Part shown: piece after piece, positions 50,481-62,656 of the stretch
Layout: each line of letters starts with the position of its first letter
How positions within the stretch are numbered: the stretch's first letter is position 1
Source: Tubiluchus corallicola
Taxonomy: Eukaryota; Animalia; Priapulida
NCBI GenBank assembly: GCA_030141605.1
Contig: JAQGDQ010000160.1
Location: forward strand, 408,904 to 472,903
Length of the DNA stretch: 64,000 bases
Direction of reading: 5' to 3'
Translations under genes and position numbers: made by a program
The notes under the pieces: model-generated
Database searches by the model: none
What the model was told of the DNA's origin: nothing
The model's input: only the letters and a program-made list of their open reading frames with translations

Positions 50481-51546
50481 GTGTGCTTTCATACTAAAAC
50501 TGTCCATAAGTAGGCATAGTTAAAACTATGATGTAATGCTTTAAAGTAGAATGACCCAGACATTTGGTCAAACGTCAATTTTTTGTATTTTATAAAAACC
50601 AACGCTAAATATATTGGACTTTTGTATTATAGCATCAAGTTATCAAGAAAGTGTTAAAAACACTAAAAATTAATTTTATAACTCGTTACCCTCTTTTCTG
50701 TCTAGAAACTAGTATTGCAATTGCAAAAACTTCCATTTTCAGACTTTTATAGCAGCTCGTGGAAGCAGTCATTGTGCTTCGGCTTTTTCTGTTGCCAAGC
50801 CCAGATCTTCGTCAGGAGGAGCCATCTAATGGATTTAAATGTAACTTCGATGTGCTCTTGCAAAGTCTGTAGCAACCAACACTTGTGTGGTTGCTAAGTG
50901 TTTTGGAGAAATGCGACAAAAAGTAATGGACAACTTTAACAGTGATTTTTCCAACATTACATTTTTCAGTGCATTGCCTGCACTTCAACTTCAATGTGGA
51001 TTATCTCACCTCAGAAAAAACATAGAGTGATGAGCTTGGTATCAAAATGATCCTCATGAAATGCAAATTCATGATATGTGAATAACTAGAAAAGCTTTTT
51101 TGCTTTTTTGTCACATTTCTTCAAAACACTTAGCAACCGCACAAATGTTGGCCGCTACAGACTTTGCAAGAGCTCATTGAAGTTTTGTTTAAATCCAGTA
51201 GGTGGTTCTCCCTGATGAAGATCTGGGCTTGGAAACAGAAAAATCCCGAAGCAAAACGAAGCAGGAGGTAGCATTGGAGTTTGAAAATAGGAGTTTTTTA
51301 CAATTGCAGTACTAGTTTCTAGAGAAAAAAGTGGGTAAGTGAGTTATAAAATAAAATTTTTTGTTTTTCTGAACACTTTCTTGATGATTTCATGCTAGCA
51401 TATAAAATTACAACACATTTAGCATGGGTTGTTACAAAATGCGAAAAATTGACATTTGACCAAATTTTTGGGTCATTCTACTTTGAAGCATCATAACGTT
51501 GTTTTAACTATGCCTACTTATGGACGGTTTTGATATGCAAGCACAC
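50481..51546. mobile_element. Foldback/MITE-type non-autonomous DNA transposon with ~440-bp inverted arms
   Basis: gtgtgctttcatactaaaactgtccataagtaggcatagttaaaac..gacaaaaag (50481-~50922) is the imperfect reverse complement of ~51103-51546; non-coding spacer of ~180 bp; target-site duplication not resolved. Confidence 0.88.
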
Positions 51547-52001
51547 AGTTGTGAGTAAAAGTTATTTTTTAAAATGTGTTTGTTTGGTAGAGGTTTGTTA
51601 TCCATTCTTCGAGTTCCTCTCTGCACACAACATGCAAAAGTCAATCAAACAAAAAATGTTTGATATTTTGAATTTGAAAAGAAAGTACCCATCTAATCCC
51701 TACAACCGCGGCTGTTTAAATACTCATTTAAAGAAGCCTACTCTTAGTCGTGTATGATAAATAGAGTTAGGGGTGAACCATAAGAGCGATGTTTGGGTCT
51801 AATCACAAAATTCTGGTGTTTTTTAAAGAACTAACAAAACGATTAATGTGCAGATTAAACCACTTTATTATGGATTTTACATGTGGAGTGAGTACAAGCC
51901 CTATTGCTCTCTGCTAACAAATTCAGTTCACACAGGGTTCACTTAAACTCCTGTGAAAACAAGATATTAAAGTGCCTAACTAAAAATGTTCTACTGGGGC
52001 A

Positions 52002-52099
52002 GTATGAGTTCCTGGAATCCACGGAAAACTTACATTCAGGATATTTGCAAGTATGAGTTCCTGGAATCCACTGAAAGCTTACATTCAAGATATTTACAA
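52002..52099. repeat. ~49-bp tandem duplication
   Basis: gtatgagttcctggaatccac(g/t)gaaa(a/g)cttacattca(g/a)gatattt x2. Confidence 0.9.
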
Positions 52100-53249
52100 T
52101 GCATTATCATTTTTTTGATTTAGTAGTAGCGAATATTGCTGTCATACATGATTTTATTAAAATGTATGTAGAGAGATTTTTCCACAGACTTATAATTCTA
52201 TTAGTGAAAAAATATTTTCTCAAATTATACCTATATTTGTGTGTATGGTAAGAGTGTATATCTTTCAGACTTTGGTGTTCTTTGTATATAAAAAGATGCT
52301 CATAATTTCCATTATCAACACTGTTTAAGATGTTATATACTTGTTTTAAATCTCTCCTAAGAGTTCTGCTTCAATAACTTTTACTTATAATTTTGCCACT
52401 CTCACTATCTGATATCTGATAGAAATTTATTTCCTTACTACTAGTTACCTCAGGATGCTTGTTTTCACTTATGTTTTTGTTATTTTTTGAAAGGTATATG
52501 TTTATCATTCGCAGTACTTTGATAGTTAGCTATATCTTCTTTTACAACTTTTTGAGTTGTTGCATGGCCAGTAATTGCAGGCACATAATGCATGCAAAGT
52601 TAGTTACATTTAAAAGTACCATTGTATAGACTTTATTTCAAAATGCAGCAGGATAGTTTAGTAACCTCAATAGCAGTTTAAACTTAGTTATGCCTTGTTG
52701 AAATATCAATGAATGTAAATCATGTCATAACAGCATCAGAAAGTAAGATTATAGCGTTGGTTGCTTATTACAGAAGTTATTACATTACTCTTTATTATCG
52801 CATATTTTTAAAAGCATTTCATTCGGCATATATGTACATTCGGATGTATAGTCTCATTTTTTGAGAGAAATAACTGGAGGCAGTAAGGCATACGATTGAC
52901 TGAGATGAAACTGCCTGAAAATTTTTTGTTCAGAGGTCACCAATACATTTATTAACTTCATTTTTTAACTTCGTAGCTAAGCTCCAATCCAACCCATTCA
53001 GCTACTCGTCTGTTGTTTCTTGTCAGTTGCTAAAGAATATTTACAAGGGTAGCTGCCTTATAACTGTTCATAATGTTATGTTTCTTTTTTGGTTTTTATG
53101 AAATATCTTTTTAAGCTCTTGTATTATCTTTTTAACACTTAAAAGCTATCAAACAGAATATGCCGTCCTAAGCAACCAAATGTAGACGTGTGCATAGGAA
53201 AGCCTGTAGACTCCATAGGTCATTATTGGTAATGTGGGTAAGTTATAAA

Positions 53250-53258
53250 TCATGTGAC
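53250..53258 (+). promoter_or_regulatory. M-box/CLEAR-like E-box (TCATGTGAC) upstream of HPS4
   Basis: Exact match to the MiT/TFE-preferred TCATGTGA, ~590 bp upstream of the HPS4 ATG in a locally GC-richer patch. Confidence 0.35.
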
Positions 53259-53845
53259 ATCACCTGTAATGTCTAATCACCAAATAAACAAGTAAGGAGA
53301 ACGGGTTTCCCGTATTGCAGGAATACGAGTAGATAATGCAGTGAAATTTTTTACAGTGTGGCCAAAAAAGGACATTTCTCATTTATTCTAGAAAAGTATA
53401 GCTGTTAGCCAAGTTCCACATAATTCATACTGTTTTTTATTTTTTGTAAGTAGATGCTGTATTAGTTGTCTCAATGTAGAAGAGGAATTAGCTGAAACTT
53501 CAAAGTTGGGTGCTGTATAGTTTGTTAAAAATAGACCAGTTTTCGCAAATTTAAATTTAGAGTACAGTAGGCAGCTAGCAGTTATCATTGAAACAAAACT
53601 ATAATTAATTTGTACAGCTTGAAAAGGTCTACAAAACAGTATAAATTTTGTGTATTTAGCACATTCCCTAAAATGTGAAACACTTAAAAAGTGGGCATTT
53701 TGGATAGTTATTAGAGAAATCCATATTTTTTTAACTCATAACATAACACACAAACAGATATATATTTATGAATAAAATAATTTACTTTTTAGGAGCTTTC
53801 AGTATTACCAGATTTACAGTAACACTGATACATCAATCAGTGAAT

Positions 53846-53950
53846 ATGCCTAGTCTTTCCTCGGACGTTTTTTTCATGTATGATAACCAAGCTGTCCAAA
53901 AGGAGTCAGATGATCCAAAAGATGCTATTGTTTTCTTCTATCCTCACAAA
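53846..53950 (+). CDS. HPS4: HPS4 coding exon 1
   Basis: MPSLSSDVFFMYDNQAVQKESDDPKDAIVFFYPHK|gtaaga; upstream acceptor ttttag at 53791-53792. Confidence 0.9.
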
Positions 53951-56900
53951 GTAAGATGACTTTCTGATTTTGTTTCTATGTGTATTGGCTTGCATGGAAT
54001 CTTGTAGATTATTGTTAAAAGCAATTGCCTATGTGTAATTCAATTAACATGTCCGGATTTACCTATAGCCTAGGGCCCACGGGTATCTGGAAGCCACTGA
54101 AAGTAATTTGTCACACAGTGTGCCAACATATGATCTTGTTTTAAGTGTACACTAGGTATTTCATCATATATCTAAAATCATAAGAGCCCCTGTACAATAA
54201 GTATAGGGCCCAGAGGATGGGGCCCATATATGATAAATATAGGCCCACAGTGGCCTATATATATATATATATATGTATATATTGGATACTGAAACATGCC
54301 AAAGTTTCTATGAATTTGAGAGCCCACTCGTGAGTTTGGCCTAGGGCCCACAAGTAGGTAACTCTGACCCTGCCAATTGAAATAAGTAACTCGTATCTCG
54401 GTTTGCCGGACAAAAGTGGGGAGACGTCGGTCCGAATTTGCTGATTGTCCGTATTTACGATACTAAGCTAATACAGTTGGCTCTGCGTATTTGACTCATG
54501 GTAATGTAGAATTAATCACCTAATTCTCTCAAAAATGTCTAGTACGGGCCTATGCATTTGACTCAAATAACTCTACATAATTAACTCTGTATTTTTATAT
54601 GTAGAGATATACACGTGGTTACATTGATGTAATGACGTAAACAAAGTGATGGCCCGCCAACTAATGGTCAGCTCACAAAACAATTGACTGTGTCCGTAGT
54701 ATGTGTGGTATATAAATATATCATATATCACAGTATATATATATTAAATTATAATTTTGTTAATATATATATATATATATACATTGGAACATGGCCAGAT
54801 TTTTATTGGTAATTCTTTGTGGTCTTATTTGCAGGTGTCTGTGGATGACCAGATAGCCTTATGTGGGCAACTGATGGGTTTGATGAGAATGATAAAAAGC
54901 TTAACAGGGTCTTCACCATCGATCGTGAACCTACATACAGTAAAATATGCACTCAAGCAAATTGACAATAGATATATCGTGGTAATTTTCTTTCAGTTTG
55001 TGGCAACTGAGGGATGGTTTGAAAAGTGTACTGTGTAACTGTTAACAGTAGCTTGTGATTCTGATTTAGCACAGTTCGTGTCAGTTATAACCAACAATTA
55101 TTTGGTTTTTCTGCTAGTAATAAAACTAAGAAATAAAATACTTTTTTCCATTTTTTTTTATTTACCTGATCTTATTTTCTTAACACTTATGCACTACTAA
55201 TTGTGACCATGCATTTGTGTGAGCATTCAACATTTAACATTTCTTTTCCTAAATGGGTTGCTGAAATGATGAACATAGAGCTGTGTCTTTTGTTGTAAGT
55301 TTTTAAACAGTCAGGCGACAGGCAAAACCAATATTTGCAAAACTAGTACAGTAGTCGCTGCTTAGAAAAAACCATGGATAATAAAACCAGTCATATTTGA
55401 GAACCATTTGGGCACTGCCCAGAATTACTTCTGTAGAAACTGTTGTTAAGAAAATTCAGTTACTTAAGCCAGCACACCGCTTAAGAAAACCACATTTTTC
55501 AGCAATAGGTGACAAATGCAATAGCAAAATTAAATAATTTTTAGTATCTTGTATATTTTCCAGATGCACGCTTGAAATTTAAGTCTATTTGCTAGATTCA
55601 CCTTTTTTCGTTGAAATCTCACTGAAAGTTGAAATTGATTGTTTTGTCATAATTGCTCTGAATTAAAGTACATTTTAGTCTGTTGAATCACTATTCTATG
55701 CTTGAGTCACTCTGCAGGCATGCAAATGAGCTGACTATCCCATGTTTAGTTGTCATGTAGTATTAATTAAGCTGAAGCGTTTATATACTATACTTTGCCA
55801 AATACACTTATTGAACTGCCGTTTATTAAGATCACTTATTGCTGGTCCGTGGTCATTTTATTAAGTGACGATTACTGTTTTAAAGTTTGCTGCATCAAAA
55901 TCAAAATAGTTTTATGGCCTAAGACCATTAATTTATCAAATTTGTTTGTGATTGTTTTAATTTACTGTGATTATTTAATTAACTGTAATGATTCCATCAT
56001 TGTTTGCATATAAACAAGAACGTCTATCATATTAGTTTTTGTTTTGAATTTGACTGGTGTCCATGTAGGCATTATCATGTGCAAGAGATGTTCCTGATTC
56101 CATTGCTAAGGAACAGATGGCCCAGCTTCTTGACACCTTTACATTTTATCACTGTAACATGGAAAACATTTCTAAGGTAAAGTACTGATACCAAAAAATA
56201 ATTTGCTAGTTTTGTGTGATATATTCTTGCAATATGTGATTGCATATTTGTAATGTATTTGCATGAAATAAAAAAAATTATTTTTGCTGCACAACATGCT
56301 TGGGAACACAACTATCTAAAAAGTTTTTATTTAGAGTAAAATTCTTGGGTAACATTAGGTTTGCGTTATTATGTTTTTCCGCAATGAAGGCCATTGAAAA
56401 AAAGAACCTTGTGTAATTTTATGTATACTTCACTTATTGCAGACATTGAATGATGAACAAGAGTTTTGCACTCATGCTGGTGCAGTCTGGCAAAGCTTTG
56501 TGCCATTTGTTCGTTGCTATGGCAATGATGTGGCAGCTGGATTTGGAACAGTGCCAATGTTTCATCTACCAAAAGTAAGTGTGAGTCAATAAATTACATT
56601 ACTTATTTTTGCAGATTAGTAATGCTAAAATCTAAAATGAGTGTTTGGTTTATCAACATTATCAAAATGGCAATGCAGTTTGTAAAAGTAGTAAAATTAT
56701 TTGAGCAAATGCAATTCACATCATGTTATATATTCACAAAATGTCAGTTTCTTGCTCAAAGTTTAGCGACATATACAATAGACATCAGCCTGCCAAAGCC
56801 TGCTAAGTTGTCTTGTTTATTTTTGCAAAATAATAGTGCCTGAAATCAAAAGGATAGTTATTTTACCCACATCTAAAATAAGAAAAGCAATGCACCATAA

Positions 56901-59900
56901 CTTCAAGATGTCTGTAAAAATACTTAAATTGCAATATCGCCATTAAATCACAATCTTGCAAAGTTATCTGTTTGTGTCATTTTAACTTTAAAGCAAAATA
57001 TTTGTGAAACAAATGATAAAACTTCTGTCATATATTCTCAGTTTTTTCTACAGCCAGAATTTAATTACATGTATGCTGGCTTTTGCTTTTCAGTGAAACT
57101 AAATCTTTACAATATTAATTTGTAATACATTCGTTAAAATGATTAGAAACATGAGAATTTTGAAAGTTCCCATAACAAAGCAATGTCTGCCTTAGATTTA
57201 TTTAATGTAAAATAAATATCTATGAAGTCTGCACTAAATGTTTTTATCAATTATGTTTCTAGGCCATTAGTCGGGTCTATTTGCAGGCATCACATCTCTT
57301 ACAGATATGTCAAAGACGTCCTGGAGTACTTGCTGGAAGTGTGGTATTCGGACGACAGTAAGTAGACCAAGTAGTTTAGCAAATAATTGAAGGTTATATT
57401 GCAAACTTAACACAGTTTAGTGGGGCTAATATGCAATACTAGCTTCTTGGCATGCTGTTGTTTAGCCAAAATGCTTGTTTACTCTGCTTTTGTTTTCATT
57501 TTCCCAAATAAAGCAATAGTGTTTTACAAAACCCCTTGTTAACAGATGTATTTATATTCAATGTAGGTGTCTTGTTTTGTTATTTATTAAATTACTATTT
57601 TATTATTCTTATTCGTAGTATTTATAACATATCATATCCGCTTGAAGTTTTATCAGATTTCCAGGATGTTGTAAATTGCAGACAAAATAATTAGGAGGAA
57701 GTACTAACGGGTTTGCTCAAATTTGGAGCGCTATTTAACTTACTTGTCATTGTGCAGTATAGTGTTTACATTTATAATTGTGAACAAAAACAGCAGTTTT
57801 TTTTTCTTGCTTTTAGGGTTGTATGTACACAGTTTAAGGCTAGTGTAAACAAGAAACTGTTGTTAATACGCCCTTCGCAACATAACGTAAGTATCATCAG
57901 CTTGAATTATTTAAGTAAATGTGACTGTGTACACTTCATCATCGTCATTTAGTGCCGTCTGCATAACAGGTGTACTGGCTGGATTTTGCAATCACATTCC
58001 TCTCTGTCAGTCTTCCATGTTCAAAATATGACATTTCCTTCCAGTCCGATGCCATATGATGCATCGTTATGATTATTTTGGCATACACAGGACTGCTTAT
58101 AATATTCGCAAAATATTTGTTACACTCTCAAAACTGATTTTGTTTTCGTAAAAGCTAAAATATGTAGGCTTCAGGCTCTGGATTTGACTTAATTTAGCAT
58201 TCACCACTCAATAACAGGGTCTGTTTTTAATGGTGAATTGATGTAGTGGGATCAAAATCTAGTCCATGATCAAAAATAACTTAAGATGAGGGGCAATAAA
58301 CAAGTAGGGATGCTAGCCTTGTTTAGATGAATGAACATTTCCTCAGCGAATAAAATAGCTAAAGATTGTATGGCACAAATAGAGAGCAATGCTAGACTAT
58401 TTTCATTTGTCTGACTGACCACCAAGAGTAGGAATCACAAAACGACTTCAATTGATAACTGACGATAAGGTTATAGATGTAGACTGTAGGTGGTCATTTT
58501 GATTCTGATAGCCTTTCAGCTATGTGAGTTAAATATAACAATGATACATTTTCAGTCTACCATGTCAAAGCTTGTCAGTAAGGATTGTTCACTTCTTTCA
58601 CTAGTTTTTTTATTTTTCAGTTACCTGCAAGGACAATTACTACTGATTTCAAACTTCCTGTTGGGGTTAGGCTCTTGTCAGTCTACTTAACTGTAGACGA
58701 AATAAAACATATCAATCCACATTCTCCATTACTACATATAAACTATCTGCTACACTTATGTGATGAGCTGGAAAATGATCAGTCAACTAATGTTGAAAAT
58801 GCATTAAAAGAACATGACATTAGTCGAGAAGGAAGAAAAATTTCCTTTGAAGACTCTTATACGTCAACTGAAACAGGTCCGCCGATGTCGTATTCTCCTA
58901 CTAGTTCTTTTTCACGTAATCCCAGTATGTTGACATCAGTTAGTTCATTTACATCGAATTATACTGCAGCTAACGAATGTGATGAACTATCTGAACAAAA
59001 ACGGTTAGACAACGAAATGCCATTGAATGACTGTACTACTAGAAATGAAGATTCCAAAGAGCTTAAACAGGATCTGATGGAAATAAATGCAAAAAGTGAA
59101 GCTGAAAATATTACCCTGGCAACTGAAAATGTATCTATGCCTGAAGGTAATAAAGCTACCTCGTCAAATGAAAAAAAATGTGAAGATCATACATTAGTAA
59201 GTCAATTAGAAGAAAATTTTAATGTAAACCAATCACAATATTGTGACAATAGTGATGAGTGTATGCAAAGTCGTGTTGTAACTAATCATTTAGAAGTTAT
59301 ATCAGATTACAAAGATGATTGTGATGACCAAGAAAATTCTGAACAACCTAGTTCTGCTTTTAATTTAATGCTCCATGATTTAGATATAGATAAACAGTGT
59401 TTTGCATCACACAATGCAACAGAATCTGTTGAAAATGTGAACGTTTCATTAAGTCCTGTAAGTGATATAGGCGACATAGATGATGTCACTCCATATTTAA
59501 ATTTCAAAGTGAATCTAAAAGATGAAAGTGATTACTTTGTGGAAAATAGTGGTAATGCAGCGGTTGAAAATGAAAATATTGTTAATCTACAGCCAGTGTG
59601 CAGTTCTAGTTTAAACAATGCAAGCTCAGATACACCAGCATCGCTTCAGCCTTCTGTAAAAGTCATTCCAGTGCCAGCTGTGCGCATAAGTGCCGAAGAT
59701 GAAGTGTTATCATATTCACTTGTAGATGTTGCAGTAGAGGCAGATGAGAACATAAATTTTTCTTTAGAGAGTGCTGCCTCATGTGATCTTGATTATGTGA
59801 TAGCCAATGTTAGTGGCACCTATTTAAGTAAACAGAACCAATATGATGAACTAGATGTACGTAATGTACAAGAAAATGTAAGTAATACTTGTTTAAACTC

Positions 59901-62656
59901 GACTGTGATACAAAATATAGAAGTGCAGGACCAGTTTAGTGAAGTGCGTGATGATTACAGTAAAAACAGACCAAATTTTGTTGAGCCTCTTGATCATTCT
60001 AGAGATGGCTCTATCCAAGTTGAGGATATGGCACACAAGTCACAGAACTCTAGAAAACTTGCAGTGAGACGACATAAATTAGAGCCCTGTGAAAATTCTG
60101 TAAATGGTGCTACTAAATCAACTGTTGATCACCAGAAAATCAATAAAAGATCTTCTGTTGGAAGTGCATTTAGCAGTAGCTTTTCTTCTCTTGATTCTTG
60201 CACGAGTGGCCGCAGTTCTAGCATGGTAAAATTTGTTGACAACTTTGCCAATATGAGGACTTTTAGCAAATGTTCTGCTAGCGATAGTGCTTTATGTGCG
60301 GATTCTCAGAAATCATGCTGCAAAAATGACTTGGTAAATGTATGTGTGTACGTTTGCGAAGTGGAGCGGACATTGTTGGTTTTGCTGACTGAGCTACATA
60401 TTTGCCAACGACCAGAAGAGATCATAAATGATTTGGTAGGTGCTAAATGATAACATTAATAATAATAAAGATGTTAATAATAATAGTGATGATGATGACG
60501 ATGACAGTGATGATGAAGGTGATGATGATGATTGATGATGACGTCGATGATGATCATTAGCACCAATCATATCCTCTACCTAAGATAACATTCTTAGTTT
60601 CCTTAAGTAAGCTGCTAAGCTATAAGAATGAAGGGATTAATGAGTCCAAAACTGGTAAAGGTTAATTCCTGAATCCTGGCAGATATGGCTTTGGTTTTCT
60701 TTAACATACATCTACTATGAATGGAAAAAGTATTAGAATTGATGCTCATGAATAGGGGATGCAGTAGCACAGATGTTTGAGACTAAGTATCCTTATTATT
60801 CAGTAGAAACTTCTGTATCTGAATTCGTCTTCACCTATTACTCCACTCAAATTTAGTGTTTTACCTTTTTATCTCCACAATTTACTCATCGCAACTACAA
60901 TGGAACAACACTAAATTTTGCAAATATAAAGCACAATGATGTTACAATGCCCCAGGTGCTCTAGATACACCACAAGCTCTAGATACACCACTGTTTCAAT
61001 CATTGCATTTTGTTCACTGTTAGGAAATAGGCAATGGTAAATATCAGGAAGCAAATATTTAAAAATGTATTATTAGAGATTTATAGTCAGAAGGCCACTG
61101 TAGCTCTGATATCACATAACAAAATGAAACTTTAAGATTTAAAATTAATGTTTTTATTAAAGTTATTGCTACTTGGTAAGCCATTTGCAGGTAATCATAA
61201 AAGGGCACCAAAGAAATACTAAACCATTCCTGGGATTAAAGAAGTATTTTTGCAAAGTAAAACTTAATTAGAAAACTTCAAAACTGTCTACGTCCAGCAT
61301 TATGGCCTAACTTTTCTACTGATTTCACTATGAAGATAGGAACATAGTAATGTTTATTACGTAGTTGTTTACCCAGTATTTAGGCTCTCAACATGCTTTC
61401 AGTAATATTATAATATATTAGTAGTAATTGCTTTCCATTCTCCGGTAGTATTTTTTGTGGATTTTCTAAAATTAAGTACAGTGTACCTATGGGCATTGTC
61501 ATACATGATATTTTTATCGTTTTATCAAATATCACTTCGTGCATCCTCAGCCCAACTTTTTAAAGAAGTACTAATAAATTTACTTAGTAACTAAATAGTT
61601 AAAGGAGCTTATCTTTACATTTCTTCCATTTGATGTTATTATTAAAGATTACTTTTTTTGCAGTATGAGTTTGCAACAGAGACACTCCAAGATTTAAACA
61701 GGCAACTGAAGCAGACCTTACTCTTAGAAACACCCTCGCTCCATGGGAAGAGCAAAGACTTTTCCTACAGATGGTTAGTTTACAGTGACGAGGAGAAGTC
61801 ACTGGAAGGAGCGCCACTTGAGCCTGTTACTTATGCAGAGCAAGCTTTTTGTGATGAAGCCTTAAAACTGCATGCTGAGTTGCAAAGGAATAAAGATGTT
61901 GTTGAAATTATGCATAGGTAATATTGATATGATAATGTGATATGATGGTGTGTTTTGATATGATAACTTGTGTTTTCTTTTCTTCCCCACACTATATTAC
62001 TTGTATTTTCAACAGATACTTTCTACTACTAGCAAATTAGCTATATAAATTCTATTTGTCTGGATTATCTTCGTCTTCTTACTGTAATTCTTTATCCAGA
62101 ATGGCCATTGGCCTTTTTTGGGGCAATATATGTAAAAAATTCAAGTTTACTAATAATGGATTTGTCACACAGTTATTAATGTTTGTTTTATTAAGAAAAT
62201 AAGTAAAGATGTGAAAAGACTAGACCTAGACCTTGAGGTCTAGAAAACCACCAACTCTTATAACAACTAGACTTATCATCTCTTTGCGATCTTGATCCAT
62301 TCTTCATTTTATTCTATTTCTTCATTGCTAAATCTTAAACTCTAAACATTACTGATAACTGGTAAACCTTCCCAAATGTCTATAGAATGCTGGATAGGTA
62401 GAATTATTGTGGTTGCTCTTTTTAATGCAGAATATCATTTACATTGTATTTTCATCTTTTTCTTCGTAGAAGTACCTTCCAACACATTGTAGTACATCGA
62501 GACGAGGAACAGGAGATTTACTTTTCTCCCAAGTTGGACCATGCGACATTGTCATCTGCACCCATTGCTTCCGATCCAATCCTAAATGCAGAACTTCAGT
62601 CGCTGACAATCCTCAAAGAGGAGCATAATTTATTTCATAGTCACCTGGATCAATAA
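53846..62656 (+). CDS. HPS4: Hermansky-Pudlak syndrome 4 protein homolog (BLOC-3 subunit), spliced gene span, 9 coding exons, 970 aa
   Basis: N-terminal longin motifs FFMYD..ESDDPKDAIVFFYP..QIALCGQLMG, LLDTFTFY, LQASHLLQICQRRPGVLAG..VVCTQ and LPVGVRLLSVYLT follow the order of human HPS4. They are followed by a long low-complexity insert and a C-terminal region; all introns are GT-AG and phase-consistent. Confidence 0.92.
54052..54372. mobile_element. Probable small MITE rich in GGGCCC, in HPS4 intron 1
   Basis: Imperfect inverted ends (ccggatttaccta..taggtaactctga) and repeated gcctagggcccac; a related end motif lies at ~1545-1567. Confidence 0.5.
54835..54981 (+). CDS. HPS4: HPS4 coding exon 2
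   Basis: ttgcag|VSVDDQIALCGQLMGLMRMIKSLTGSSPSIVNLHTVKYALKQIDNRYIV|gtaatt. Confidence 0.92.
56069..56176 (+). CDS. HPS4: HPS4 coding exon 3
   Basis: tgtag|ALSCARDVPDSIAKEQMAQLLDTFTFYHCNMENISK|gtaaag. Confidence 0.9.
56443..56574 (+). CDS. HPS4: HPS4 coding exon 4
   Basis: ttgcag|TLNDEQEFCTHAGAVWQSFVPFVRCYGNDVAAGFGTVPMFHLPK|gtaagt. Confidence 0.88.
57263..57357 (+). CDS. HPS4: HPS4 coding exon 5
   Basis: tttctag|AISRVYLQASHLLQICQRRPGVLAGSVVFGR+CA|gtaagt. Confidence 0.9.
57817..57886 (+). CDS. HPS4: HPS4 coding exon 6
   Basis: ttttag|(Q)VVCTQFKASVNKKLLLIRPSQHN|gtaagt. Confidence 0.9.
58621..60435 (+). CDS. HPS4: HPS4 coding exon 7 (1815 nt, acidic/Ser-rich insert)
   Basis: tttttcag|LPARTITTDFKLPVGVRLLSVYL..LVNVCVYVCEVERTLLVLL..IINDL|gtaggt; covers the 621-aa ORF in the track. 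Confidence 0.92.
60462..60555. repeat. (aat)n/(gat)n low-complexity tract in HPS4 intron 7
   Basis: Directly visible. Confidence 0.85.
61664..61917 (+). CDS. HPS4: HPS4 coding exon 8
   Basis: ttttgcag|YEFATETLQDLNRQL..FSYRWLVYS..FCDEALKLHAELQRNKDVVEIMH+AG|gtaata. Confidence 0.88.
62470..62656 (+). CDS. HPS4: HPS4 last coding exon
   Basis: ttcgtag|(R)STFQHIVVHRDEEQEIYF..ILKEEHNLFHSHLDQ TAA; AATAAA at 62845-62850. Confidence 0.88.
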
